The notes under the pieces were generated by a model, which did no database searches, had not been told where the DNA came from, and saw only the letters and a list, made by a program, of their open reading frames with translations. A stretch of DNA of 64,000 nucleotides from an uncultured Aminicenantes bacterium (GTDB taxonomy: Bacteria > Acidobacteriota > Aminicenantia > UBA2199): positions 1 to 64,000 of the forward strand of contig CBDAFS010000062.1 in assembly GCA_965195285.1 (NCBI GenBank), given 5' to 3'. This document shows, in pieces, positions 18,278 through 27,473 of this stretch. The position numbers and the translations under genes are program-made. Position 1 is the first letter of the stretch; each line of letters starts with the position of its first letter.

Positions 18278-18407
18278 CGGTCTGTGGAACCGAATGTTGC
18301 GGGTTCAAATCCCGTCACTCACCCATTTTGATCCACCATCCAAATAATCTAAATTTATTTTGAATATTTAATTTCCAAGTTTCAAAGCACCGTCCCTGTT
18401 TTTTTCT
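18278..18407 (+). repeat. attR-like copy of tRNA-His 3' half plus downstream flank
   Basis: 55 bp identical to 9956-10010, then near-identical with a 22-bp indel. Confidence 0.92.
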
Positions 18408-18469
18408 ACATACAAATGTAATGATTTATAAATTTAAAAAACTGTAATAACTTACAATGTAATAATTAG

Positions 18470-20011
18470 TTAAGGTAAAAGACATATTACATAATCCAAA
18501 ATAATACTTGATTCTTTAAATTCAAAATATATCAAAGGTAAAAGATTTTCATATTTTAAACGTTTTAAATGAGCAGAAATGTTTATTAATAGTAAATGAA
18601 ATTTATTTTTTTTGGGAAAATTATTTGAAGATTTCTCAAATTGCTTTATAACTCTATTTTTTTCTAAGAAAAAATTTGATATTATTCTAAAAGTTGAAAA
18701 TAATTTTTTAAAATCAAAATTTATACCTGTATTAGATTGAATTGTTTCAATTGCTATATCAAAATGTTTTTTTGCATTATAAGAATCTTTCTTTAATAAA
18801 TAAACTTCTCCTAAATAAAAATGAGCTAATGGAATATCATTATTTATTTTAATTAATATTTGTGAAAAAAATATTATTTTTTCTATTAACTGATTCAATT
18901 TAAATGTTTTTTTTTCAAATAAATGTATATATGAATTTATAACATCTAAAATGAATGAATTATATTTAAGAATATCTTTTTTGCTTAATTCTCTCTCCGA
19001 AAGTGTTTCAATTACATTCTCTATTTCATCCAAATAATTCCTATTAATATTCTTTATTAAAATTCCACCATCCTTTTTTTGACCTATATATGGTTCTTGT
19101 AAAGCAAACCAATATAATCGCCCCAATTCTAAAATGTTTCTAAAATTGTGAGGATTTAAATTAACTAATTTTTTACTATATACTATTGCTTCATGATAAG
19201 CACCTTGAATTGTTTTGATGTAAGAAAGATGATTCAATGCAATTTCATTTTCAGAATCTTTTTCTAATATTTGACTTAATAATCTCTCAGCCTGATAAAA
19301 AGAATTTTCTACATCAGAAGGTAATTTCCTCGTTCTGAATTTATATGTTACATTTTTACCTTTTACACTTGCGATACTGAAGATAAATGGTCCTACAATT
19401 TCTGGCCCATAATTTATTTTTTTACTAGACCAAAATTCATTAAGATCCCAAGCAAAATATTTCTGATCAGGCTTAGGTAATTCACAATCTGGAAAGTACT
19501 TTTTATAAGCATTCACAACATACAATTGAGCTAAATGTATCTTTTGATTATTTATTTTTTTCATGCTAAAAGTTGGAATGTTAATTATTTTTTTTTGCAT
19601 ACTAATAGCATTTTCTATATCATTATTATTCCAAAATGATTTAACTAATTTTTTAAGAACTATTAGATTGGTTTTATCTATTTCTGCTGCTTTTTTATAT
19701 TCTCTGATTGCAAGAGACCACAACTTTTCTTCATAAAATCTATTTCCAGAATAAACAAATTTTTCAATTTGTTTTGGATATGACAATTTCCCCAGAAATG
19801 TGTTTCCAATGATTACAATAAAAAAGACTATAGAGATAATGAAAATAGTATTACCTTTCTTTTTAAATCCTATAAGAAGAGTACCTATTGTTATTAATCC
19901 AGTTATAATAGGAATGCAAAATAAATAAAAATCAAATCCTTTCCAAATATTTAAAAATATAAATATAAAAATACAAATTATTGTTATAAAAAACAATATT
20001 GTTTTTTTCAT
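18470..20011 (-). CDS. Membrane-anchored TPR protein
   Basis: Three N-terminal TM segments and several TPR-like helical repeats; very AT-rich. Confidence 0.7.
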   Translation of the reverse strand: MKKTILFFITIICIFIFIFLNIWKGFDFYLFCIPIITGLITIGTLLIGFKKKGNTIFIISIVFFIVIIGNTFLGKLSYPKQIEKFVYSGNRFYEEKLWSLAIREYKKAAEIDKTNLIVLKKLVKSFWNNNDIENAISMQKKIINIPTFSMKKINNQKIHLAQLYVVNAYKKYFPDCELPKPDQKYFAWDLNEFWSSKKINYGPEIVGPFIFSIASVKGKNVTYKFRTRKLPSDVENSFYQAERLLSQILEKDSENEIALNHLSYIKTIQGAYHEAIVYSKKLVNLNPHNFRNILELGRLYWFALQEPYIGQKKDGGILIKNINRNYLDEIENVIETLSERELSKKDILKYNSFILDVINSYIHLFEKKTFKLNQLIEKIIFFSQILIKINNDIPLAHFYLGEVYLLKKDSYNAKKHFDIAIETIQSNTGINFDFKKLFSTFRIISNFFLEKNRVIKQFEKSSNNFPKKNKFHLLLINISAHLKRLKYENLLPLIYFEFKESSIILDYVICLLP

Positions 20012-20311
20012 TTTCTCTCCCTTTATTTGATTATACTATAAAAAATTATTCACGAAAAAAATTTTTCAATTTTTTATTTGCGTTTCACTCAATATAGTCT
20101 TTTCCATAAATATTAGTTTGAGAATTTGAAGAATAAAAAGTTTAAAACATTTCTGCTAATATTGATTAGAATAAAGTCTTGCACTAAAAATCTCAAATCT
20201 CATTCCCTTGCAATATTACATCTTATGGGGAGAGGATTTATTAACTTATATTTAACAAAGGACTTAATTTAAGATCAAGAAAAATCATTCATTTTGGATA
20301 GAATGAACTAA

Positions 20312-21154
20312 CTAAAATTTAATCCCAGCACGCCTTGATTTATCAATTAAATAGTTGATGAATGCTGAACAACTCACTAACATATATTTTGCATCAGCGA
20401 AATCAATATTCGCTTTTTCTTGCATTGAATGTCGAATTCCATCTGCATCGCTTGTATAACCATAAATTGCTGAAAATCCTTTCTTTAATGCAGGATGAAG
20501 TTCAATTGAAGATTCAATTTTTTTCAATGCATCTCCTAAAGTAGCCTTTTTATTTTTTGCAATGATACGACAAATGCTTTCTACAGCACTTATTGATTCT
20601 TTAATTGAGTTCCTATAATCAGGCGATTTTCGATCTGATAACTTATCTAAAGCCTCTTTTAGGTGCTTATTGACACCAGCAAGTTTGGTTTCTTTTGATT
20701 TTTCTAAGGCTGTCTCTATCTCTGAAATTTCATTTTTATTTGTAATTGGAGTAATTTTCTCACTAATAATTCTGTAACCAGCAAGTTCTCTTTCCAACAT
20801 TTGATTACAAAATTTTATAAATTTTTCTGTATTTGTAGGACATTCTATCTTACAAATAAACTCAATGAAATCGTAAACTTCATACCATTTCCAAATAAAA
20901 AAAAGTTCCAATATTTTCTTATAAGTTGTATTAAAATAATCATCTAATGTATCAAGCGGCCATTTAAAGAAGTGAAGCCACACTATATTAAAAAAATAAT
21001 CATATTCTGAATCTGAAATATTGTTGAATTGAACTTTATCGAAATAAAATAATTTAATTGCATTCCATAATGAGTTTCGCAGATCATCATCCATACTTTC
21101 AATTTGGAAGTCAATTTTAAAAGGAGTTTTGCCAATTCGTTGAGAGAATTTCAT
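20312..21154 (-). CDS. AbiJ-NTD4-like abortive-infection protein (putative HEPN C-terminus)
   Basis: MKFSQRIG...LRNSLWN...WYEVYDFIE...NSIKESISAVE...HPAL...YGYTSDADGIRH. Confidence 0.75.
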   Translation of the reverse strand: MKFSQRIGKTPFKIDFQIESMDDDLRNSLWNAIKLFYFDKVQFNNISDSEYDYFFNIVWLHFFKWPLDTLDDYFNTTYKKILELFFIWKWYEVYDFIEFICKIECPTNTEKFIKFCNQMLERELAGYRIISEKITPITNKNEISEIETALEKSKETKLAGVNKHLKEALDKLSDRKSPDYRNSIKESISAVESICRIIAKNKKATLGDALKKIESSIELHPALKKGFSAIYGYTSDADGIRHSMQEKANIDFADAKYMLVSCSAFINYLIDKSRRAGIKF

Positions 21155-21179
21155 GTTCTAATTATTAAATGAAAACAAA

Positions 21180-21638
21180 TCATTTTATTTTGAATCCATT
21201 ATCTTCATATTTCACTTTTACATTATTCCAGATATCAAGGGCTATTGTTAAATCATCAGAAACATCATCCATGATTTTTTTAATTGCCTGCATATTGTTG
21301 ATATTATTTAGATCAGTAAAATGATTTTCTAAATAAATTAGTTTTTCTATTAAATCCTGAACCATAACTAATGTAATTCTAATACTATGATTATTTATGC
21401 GTTCAATTTCAACTTTGTTAGACTCTAATACTTCTTTTTCATTCGAAGTTCCTAATAAGTCTCCAAACAAACGCTCTGCATTTTTCACTTTGGGAGCTGT
21501 ATTGTTTAATATCACCTGTGCAGGTTTTAATTCATTTAAATTATCAAGGTTTCTTAAATCAATGATATGGGAAATGCTTCTGTGTATTCTTTGGAAGATA
21601 TCTTCAAAACAGTGTTCATTTGTTAAATAATATTTCAT
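21180..21638 (-). CDS. Hypothetical helical protein
   Basis: 152-aa ORF with GGCGGGGA SD, 25 nt upstream of the AbiJ-like gene. Confidence 0.65.
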   Translation of the reverse strand: MKYYLTNEHCFEDIFQRIHRSISHIIDLRNLDNLNELKPAQVILNNTAPKVKNAERLFGDLLGTSNEKEVLESNKVEIERINNHSIRITLVMVQDLIEKLIYLENHFTDLNNINNMQAIKKIMDDVSDDLTIALDIWNNVKVKYEDNGFKIK

Positions 21639-21663
21639 TTTCCCCGCCTTTAATTATTTTTTT

Positions 21664-21741
21664 TTACTTCTTCTTTATTCTCCTTTTCATCTCCCTTAAG
21701 ATGTTTACAGCTGTATACTTTGTGTAGATGTTGAAGGGCAC
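21664..21741 (-). CDS. 25-aa micropeptide, copy 1
   Basis: GTG start, (M)PFNIYTKYTAVNILREMKRRIKKK*; synonymous divergence from copy 2. Confidence 0.5.
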   Translation of the reverse strand: MPFNIYTKYTAVNILREMKRRIKKK

Positions 21742-21747
21742 TGGTTT

Positions 21748-21900
21748 TTAATTATTTACTAGGTTTGACTTAAAGAAAAAATGGTAACCATATTGCTGAT
21801 CTTTTGATTTCAACACCAAAACTACTCTAAAATTTTGCTGTTCTATGAACTTTATTAAATCAAAATCTGGCTCATATTTTTTGATCTTTCCCTCCTTTTT
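21748..21900 (-). pseudogene. Orphan C-terminus paralogous to 22738-23394
   Basis: QQNFRVVLVLKSKDQQYGYHFFFKSNL vs PISFRVILVLEKEKNKFIYNFYFTTKL; no start codon. Confidence 0.6.
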
Positions 21901-21931
21901 TTATCCTGAAATATCAGGGGATTTATCTATA

Positions 21932-22597
21932 TTAGAAATCTATTTCTGTTACTTTTCCGTCAACAAAGGTTATTTTCCAATCATCGTATTTGTATAATAA
22001 TTTATTTCCAATCTTTGCTATTTTATTGGGTTTACCCAATATTTTTTCAACCTCCTCGATAGTCATCCCTTCCTTAATTTGAACTTGATCTTTTGTTGAA
22101 ACAAAATCCTTGGCTTTTTTTAGGGTTTCGAAAATTTCAAAAAAACTATTAAATTCTATTTTCTTATTTATCGGGGTAGTGCCTTTTTTAAAAACAAAGG
22201 TTATTCCAGCCGCATGTATAGCATATTTATTCTTGTTAATGCCATAGCTCATTGGCTTTAAGGATTGAACCTGCATCTTGACGTTCCCTCTTATTAATTT
22301 TATTTTTTTTATTTCAAGAATTTGGTTCCTTTTGAATGATCCAGTGCCTTCCAACCTACCGGCAACTCCACCAAGGACTTGCCTTACTTTCCACTCTCCG
22401 TTTTTAATTATAATTGGAACAGTATTGGCTCCACTTAATCCCTTCTTTGCCTGTGCTGATAGTTCGTCGGTTAGCAACACAGCAAATTTTTTGTTTTTAA
22501 AATAGTTTCTCGAATCAATTAATTCTTTGGCAATGCTTGCAGAAAGAAACGAAAAACAAAACAATAATAAAAAAAATAATTTACTTAATTTTCTCAT
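21932..22597 (-). CDS. Secreted protein with C-terminal SmpA/BamE-like domain
   Basis: Signal peptide; IKEGMTIEEVEKILGKP...YKY...ITFVDGKV. Confidence 0.7.
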   Translation of the reverse strand: MRKLSKLFFLLLFCFSFLSASIAKELIDSRNYFKNKKFAVLLTDELSAQAKKGLSGANTVPIIIKNGEWKVRQVLGGVAGRLEGTGSFKRNQILEIKKIKLIRGNVKMQVQSLKPMSYGINKNKYAIHAAGITFVFKKGTTPINKKIEFNSFFEIFETLKKAKDFVSTKDQVQIKEGMTIEEVEKILGKPNKIAKIGNKLLYKYDDWKITFVDGKVTEIDF

Positions 22598-22668
22598 CTT
22601 TCCCTACCTTAAATTTATATTAAAAGAATTTTATTCAAACCCTTAATAATTTAATTTTTTTACTCCTT

Positions 22669-22737
22669 TTAAATTCTCCTTTTCATCTCTCTCAAAATGT
22701 TAACCTCCATATACTTTGTGTAGATGTTGAACGGCAT
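22669..22737 (-). CDS. 22-aa micropeptide, copy 2
   Basis: TAA-ATG junction with upstream gene; MPFNIYTKYMEVNILREMKRRI*. Confidence 0.5.
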   Translation of the reverse strand: MPFNIYTKYMEVNILREMKRRI

Positions 22738-23394
22738 TTATTTTACTTCCGTAATTGATTCCCAGTCCCCCCTTTTTTTAGTCCTGGAGAACTTAAACAG
22801 CTTGGTCGTGAAATAAAAGTTATAGATGAATTTGTTTTTTTCTTTTTCAAGTACCAAAATCACACGGAAAGAAATAGGATTCCATCCACATTCTTTTAAT
22901 ACCTTTTCTTTAAAGAATTCTCCATTAAAAATATCCCTAGTTTGCCACCCTTTCCCTTTCCATTGCATATAATAAATATTGTCAGTAGGGACAATCATAT
23001 CAGAGACTTTAACTCCAGACGGAATTATTGTGGGTGACATAGGATCATTTCTACTTACATATCTAATGCCCGCATGCATTATTTTACTGGCATTATTTTT
23101 ATGGTCAACAAAAACACATTCATCCCACACAATAGACATTGAATATTTAGTGGCATTTAATATACGGAATCCAATTTGTTTTCGAGAAGGAGAAAACACA
23201 ATTACTATTAAATCGTCAGAAAATGAGGTGGCGGTTAATTTTGTTTCACCATCAATTTGAGGTTCTCTTTCTGCCTTTGTGAATTCTGCTCTAATTCGAT
23301 ATCTTTCAATAATTTTTTTCTTTTTCCCGTAAATGGTATTGGCCTGGAAAATAAGAATAAAAAGAATAACGATTAGGTAATATTTCCGAAACAT
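22738..23394 (-). CDS. Secreted hypothetical protein
   Basis: Signal peptide, AAGGAG SD, beta-rich sequence. Confidence 0.72.
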   Translation of the reverse strand: MFRKYYLIVILFILIFQANTIYGKKKKIIERYRIRAEFTKAEREPQIDGETKLTATSFSDDLIVIVFSPSRKQIGFRILNATKYSMSIVWDECVFVDHKNNASKIMHAGIRYVSRNDPMSPTIIPSGVKVSDMIVPTDNIYYMQWKGKGWQTRDIFNGEFFKEKVLKECGWNPISFRVILVLEKEKNKFIYNFYFTTKLFKFSRTKKRGDWESITEVK

Positions 23395-23568
23395 TTTTCT
23401 CTCCTTTTCGTGATATTAATGCACTCTTTTTGCCTTAAATGTTCAAATTACTTAAAAAGTCCTCTCCCTGCCATACCTGATAGAATATTATATTTTTTTA
23501 TAAATCTTTTTGCAACTCATTTCAAAAAAATTTAGTTTACTATTAAAACAGGAAAAAGTTTACAACCT

Positions 23569-24576
23569 TTATTGAAGCTTTAAAACATTCTGCGCATTGA
23601 GAAAAACCTTTTTGGAAAAGCCCATCTTTTCTATCAGGTAACTGTTTTTATCCAATGGATTGCCGGTGAAGAAGGCTTTGAAAAATATCTTGATCTGCTT
23701 CCACATGTTCGAGGTCTTTTTATAGGTAAATTCAAACATGGGTATCGGATAATCGCTCCCATATAGAAGTTTTTCTTCATTGATTAGCTTCTGGATATCT
23801 TTAATAAACGGATTCCGAAAGGGAACGCAAAGCGCTGAAAGGTCTGCATATAAATTCCATCCCTTTTGTTCGGATTCTCTCATCAGTTCGATGAGTTCAA
23901 CAAAGTCCGTGTCCGGCTCCTCGGGGTAAAACGGCAATGCGCAATGCGCGGCAATGACGGTTACGCCGTTCGAAAGCGGGCGTCTGAGGTATATCGTACT
24001 GTCATATTTTTTATAGGTACGATCCCAGGTCGGGATTGCATGCTCCGGTCCCACATGGCATAGAAGCGGTATCTTTAGTTCTGCCAGCCTTTTATAAAAT
24101 TTATCAAACTTTGAATCATCCGGATTGATTAATTGGGTTGAGGGCAACCATTTACACAGTACGGCATCATCCTTGAATGTATCCAGTTCCTTTTCCCAAT
24201 CAGATCTCATTGGATTGATAGACATCCCCAGCAAGATTTTATCTTCTCCATACCTTTCCAAATACTCCTTTTTTAGCCTCATGATACACTCATTGGACGT
24301 ATAGAGATTGGTTTTATCCTTATTCGGTTCACCATTTGGCTCATACACCTGATCAAGGGCAAGCAAAACCACTTTGTCCGATTTCCTGGATTTTCGAATA
24401 ACCTTGAACATATGTTTCCTGACTTTTTTGTAACTGGCTTTCTTTAAAAGAGATTTTGTGACCAATTTCATGGCAATATAAGCCAGCGTTTTTCTGAACT
24501 CTTCCGACCAATAACAATTTCCATCCGGTCCATCAGGTGCTCCAAAATGGACATGTACATCGATTACCTGAGACAT
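23569..24576 (-). CDS. Amidohydrolase family protein (Amidohydro_2)
   Basis: IDVHVH, LLCHVG, IAAHC, YADLS, LYGSDYP. Confidence 0.85.
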   Translation of the reverse strand: MSQVIDVHVHFGAPDGPDGNCYWSEEFRKTLAYIAMKLVTKSLLKKASYKKVRKHMFKVIRKSRKSDKVVLLALDQVYEPNGEPNKDKTNLYTSNECIMRLKKEYLERYGEDKILLGMSINPMRSDWEKELDTFKDDAVLCKWLPSTQLINPDDSKFDKFYKRLAELKIPLLCHVGPEHAIPTWDRTYKKYDSTIYLRRPLSNGVTVIAAHCALPFYPEEPDTDFVELIELMRESEQKGWNLYADLSALCVPFRNPFIKDIQKLINEEKLLYGSDYPIPMFEFTYKKTSNMWKQIKIFFKAFFTGNPLDKNSYLIEKMGFSKKVFLNAQNVLKLQ

Positions 24577-24628
24577 TAAAATTCCTCCCTAATTTTTTTC
24601 ATAGCTGAATTTTATAAAAAATCAAGGA

Positions 24629-24856
24629 TTACTCCCGGGTTAGTAAAAAGTCCCATAGAAAGGTTAGTTTCGTTTCCAGTTCCCTTATCGCCCTTTCATC
24701 CCGGTCCGGTTGTTCCCGTTTTTTATGTTTGTCTATTTCTCTTTCCAGCGAGAAGATGAGTTCGGATATTGAATAACGTTCGATGGGATTCAACATTTTT
24801 CTTCTGTCCGGGTCCAAGCTATGTTCAAGTATACCGCTTCCCGACCTTTTTTTCAA
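24629..24856 (-). CDS. Small hypothetical coiled-coil protein
   Basis: 75 aa, GAGGTGG upstream of TTG start. Confidence 0.5.
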   Translation of the reverse strand: MKKRSGSGILEHSLDPDRRKMLNPIERYSISELIFSLEREIDKHKKREQPDRDERAIRELETKLTFLWDFLLTRE

Positions 24857-24938
24857 GCCACCTCAACATCAAAAGAGACTTGACTTTCTACTTTCAGGAG
24901 AATATGATATTTTTCAGATGGAATGAGTGGGAGGCAAC

Positions 24939-25556
24939 ATGCTTAAAAGAGTGTTTTTTATTTTGTGTTTGGTGGTATGCGTTGGCGTCCTTTTTTTCCC
25001 CGGCTGTAAAACCACGGATGATGCATCATCCGACTACACCCTGACCGTGAGCATTGGCAACGGGGTCAGCGGCACTCCAGCTGCCGGTAGCTACAGCTAC
25101 GGAGAAAATGATACGGTGACCTACAGTTATACGGCTCAGACCGGTTACGGCAACCTGGCCGTGACCCTGGACGGGGCCCCGGTGGGTAACAGCGGAGTGG
25201 TCACCATGACCGCTAACCACACCCTGGAGGTCACCGCCAATATCGATATAAGGGGTACCTGGTCCGGGACGCTGTATATGACTACAGACAAGTATTTTGA
25301 GGTGACCTTCAGCGGAGGGCTCACTTCAGGAACCGCGACTGGTGATTTTGACGGGACTTACGGAGTTGGAAACGGTGAATTCACTCTGAACAACGGCCAG
25401 CTTGAAATTGAACTCCGATTCAACCGCTTCGGAATCATAGATATACTCACCTGTTCCGGGACATTCTCCGATCCAAACCATTTAAACGGAAGCTATGACT
25501 GGGAACAACCCGGTTGCGGGGGAGCTTCGGGGAACTGGGAGCTGGAAAGAAATTAG
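24939..25556 (+). CDS. Lipoprotein, paralog 1
   Basis: Lipobox FPGC, GGGAGG SD, promoter TTGACT-17-TATGAT at 24880-24908. Confidence 0.8.
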   Translation: MLKRVFFILCLVVCVGVLFFPGCKTTDDASSDYTLTVSIGNGVSGTPAAGSYSYGENDTVTYSYTAQTGYGNLAVTLDGAPVGNSGVVTMTANHTLEVTANIDIRGTWSGTLYMTTDKYFEVTFSGGLTSGTATGDFDGTYGVGNGEFTLNNGQLEIELRFNRFGIIDILTCSGTFSDPNHLNGSYDWEQPGCGGASGNWELERN

Positions 25557-25688
25557 AAATTATCCCACAGTAAAAATATTCCTTTATCATTGAATTTGAA
25601 AAATTACCGGTTCACCTCTCTATTGAAAAAATTCCTTGACTTTTTATTTCAATAAAAATATGATTGTTTCATATATTAAGGAGGAAAC

Positions 25689-26300
25689 ATGTGTAAAAAA
25701 CAATTTTTTACATTGCTTATTTCCGTATTGCTGGGCGTACTGCTTTTTACCGGCTGCCCGGAAAGTGAGGAAACATCCGACTATACCCTGACCATAACCA
25801 TGGGCAGCGGGGCCACTGGTACTCCGGCTGCCGGCAGTTACACCTATTCGGAAAACGAAATTGTCAATTACAACTATTCGGCCCAGGCCGGCTACGGCAA
25901 CCTGATCGTTACCCTGGACGGAGCCCCGGTCGGAAACAGCGGAGTGGTCACCATGACCGCCAACCATACCCTGGATGTTACTGCGACTATCGATGTAAGG
26001 GGTACTACCTGGACCGGCCTGGCCTATAACCCCAATGAACCCCCTCCAAACAATTTTTATTTTGAATGCACTTTCAGCGGAGGTGTGCTTTCAGGAACAG
26101 CTCATGCCCACATAGAGACTCTGGGCAATCTCAATGGTGAGTATACCGTGGATGGAAATGAAATCACTGCCACTCTACGTTATGGTGCAAACACCCTAAC
26201 CTGTACCGGTACCTTTTCAAATGCCAATTATATGAATGGAGATTGGGATTGGGATGAGTATGGCAACCCCCAGACCGGAACCTGGTACCTGGAACGATAA
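25689..26300 (+). CDS. Lipoprotein, paralog 2
   Basis: Lipobox FTGC, AAGGAGG SD, promoter TTGACT-17-TATGAT at 25636-25664. Confidence 0.8.
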   Translation: MCKKQFFTLLISVLLGVLLFTGCPESEETSDYTLTITMGSGATGTPAAGSYTYSENEIVNYNYSAQAGYGNLIVTLDGAPVGNSGVVTMTANHTLDVTATIDVRGTTWTGLAYNPNEPPPNNFYFECTFSGGVLSGTAHAHIETLGNLNGEYTVDGNEITATLRYGANTLTCTGTFSNANYMNGDWDWDEYGNPQTGTWYLER

Positions 26301-26410
26301 ACCGTAAATAATAACCATTAACCCCTGTTTTAACCGGGTAACCGATTACCGGATACTGCCTTACCCATTCATATCTTGCTTTTTACCGCCCACTGGCCTA
26401 TAATGGGGGC

Positions 26411-27454
26411 ATGAAGTTCAATTCCTTCTTTGTAAAATTGGACCATCCGGAAAACAGTTTTACCGGGAATTTACTCATTAATGATAAATCCGGCCTGGCC
26501 AATTTCAAACGGGTCGAAAACCACCTGTTCATTGCTTACTTTAAAAACCAGGTCAAACTCAAGCACCGGGAAAAACTGACCTTCAAGAATAAAAAAATAA
26601 CCATTGAAATTCTGCTCCCGGTATTGAGCAAATACAACAAGCGAAAACTGAACCGAATAAGCCGCATCCTGGAGAAATCAGGCCTCGAAAACACCAGGGA
26701 TATCATACCCGACCTCCTTTCCATCGATAAATTTCTGAAAGTTCAAGAAATACTGGAATTTTTCTCTTTTGAAAAACAAGAAATAATTGACTACCTGATT
26801 GAGATGGAATTAAACAAGAAGATCAAAATCATTGACTTTAATTCCCTGTATATCATTTCCTATGATCATTTTCAAAATTACCTGAACGAATTAAAATCCC
26901 TGCTGAATTACCTATTTGAAAACCGGATCAATACCATTAAATTTTCAGAAATCGAAGCCAAGATAAAAATGTCCCAGTCATCCATATTCTTTAAATACCT
27001 GCTGAGTTCCCTGGATAATCTTTTTTCTTTCAAGATATTGAAGGATAAAATCCTGCTCGAAAAGGTATCCTTGAATGACAAAGAGAAACAGGATATTGAA
27101 GTCATTGAAACCGTTCTGAAACAAGACAATCGTCATGTCTTTTCCATTGAGAATATTCTGAAACCATCCGGTTTAAAATACAACGAAGTCAACAATTCGC
27201 TCTGGTATCTGGTTGAAGAGGGTGAATTGATCCAGTTAAACCAGGACTGTTTTATCTATAGCACCGATTTTAACAAAATTCTGAACCGTTTAAAAAAATT
27301 CAAGAGAAACCAGGGTGAAATCATTGATATTCAATCTTTTCGGGAATTGACCAGCTTCAACCGGAAATCCATCATTACCATACTGGAATACCTGGATTCC
27401 CAGCATATCACCCAGCGGGTGGAGAATAAACGGAAAATATTACTGGTGGTCTAA
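26411..27454 (+). CDS. SelB C-terminal winged-helix domain protein lacking the GTPase domain
   Basis: C-terminal FRELTSFNRKSIITILEYLDSQHITQRVENKR resembles SelB WH4; no P-loop. Confidence 0.72.
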   Translation: MKFNSFFVKLDHPENSFTGNLLINDKSGLANFKRVENHLFIAYFKNQVKLKHREKLTFKNKKITIEILLPVLSKYNKRKLNRISRILEKSGLENTRDIIPDLLSIDKFLKVQEILEFFSFEKQEIIDYLIEMELNKKIKIIDFNSLYIISYDHFQNYLNELKSLLNYLFENRINTIKFSEIEAKIKMSQSSIFFKYLLSSLDNLFSFKILKDKILLEKVSLNDKEKQDIEVIETVLKQDNRHVFSIENILKPSGLKYNEVNNSLWYLVEEGELIQLNQDCFIYSTDFNKILNRLKKFKRNQGEIIDIQSFRELTSFNRKSIITILEYLDSQHITQRVENKRKILLVV

Positions 27455-27473
27455 AAAATTTCAGACCATATCA

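Larger units (their letters stand above)
9956..18407. mobile_element. Integrase-less genomic island at tRNA-His
   Basis: Direct repeat 9956-10107 / 18278-18407 beginning in the anticodon arm; AT-rich cargo; no integrase ORF. Confidence 0.85.

Noticed and set aside
18408-24600. Integron cassette array
   Set aside because: Genes are co-oriented, but no paired RYYYAAC...GTTRRRY attC hairpins were found between them and there is no intI
26411-27454. Nearby UGA-recoded selenoprotein as a target of the SelB-like protein
   Set aside because: No in-frame UGA interrupting a recognisable protein was seen in this window
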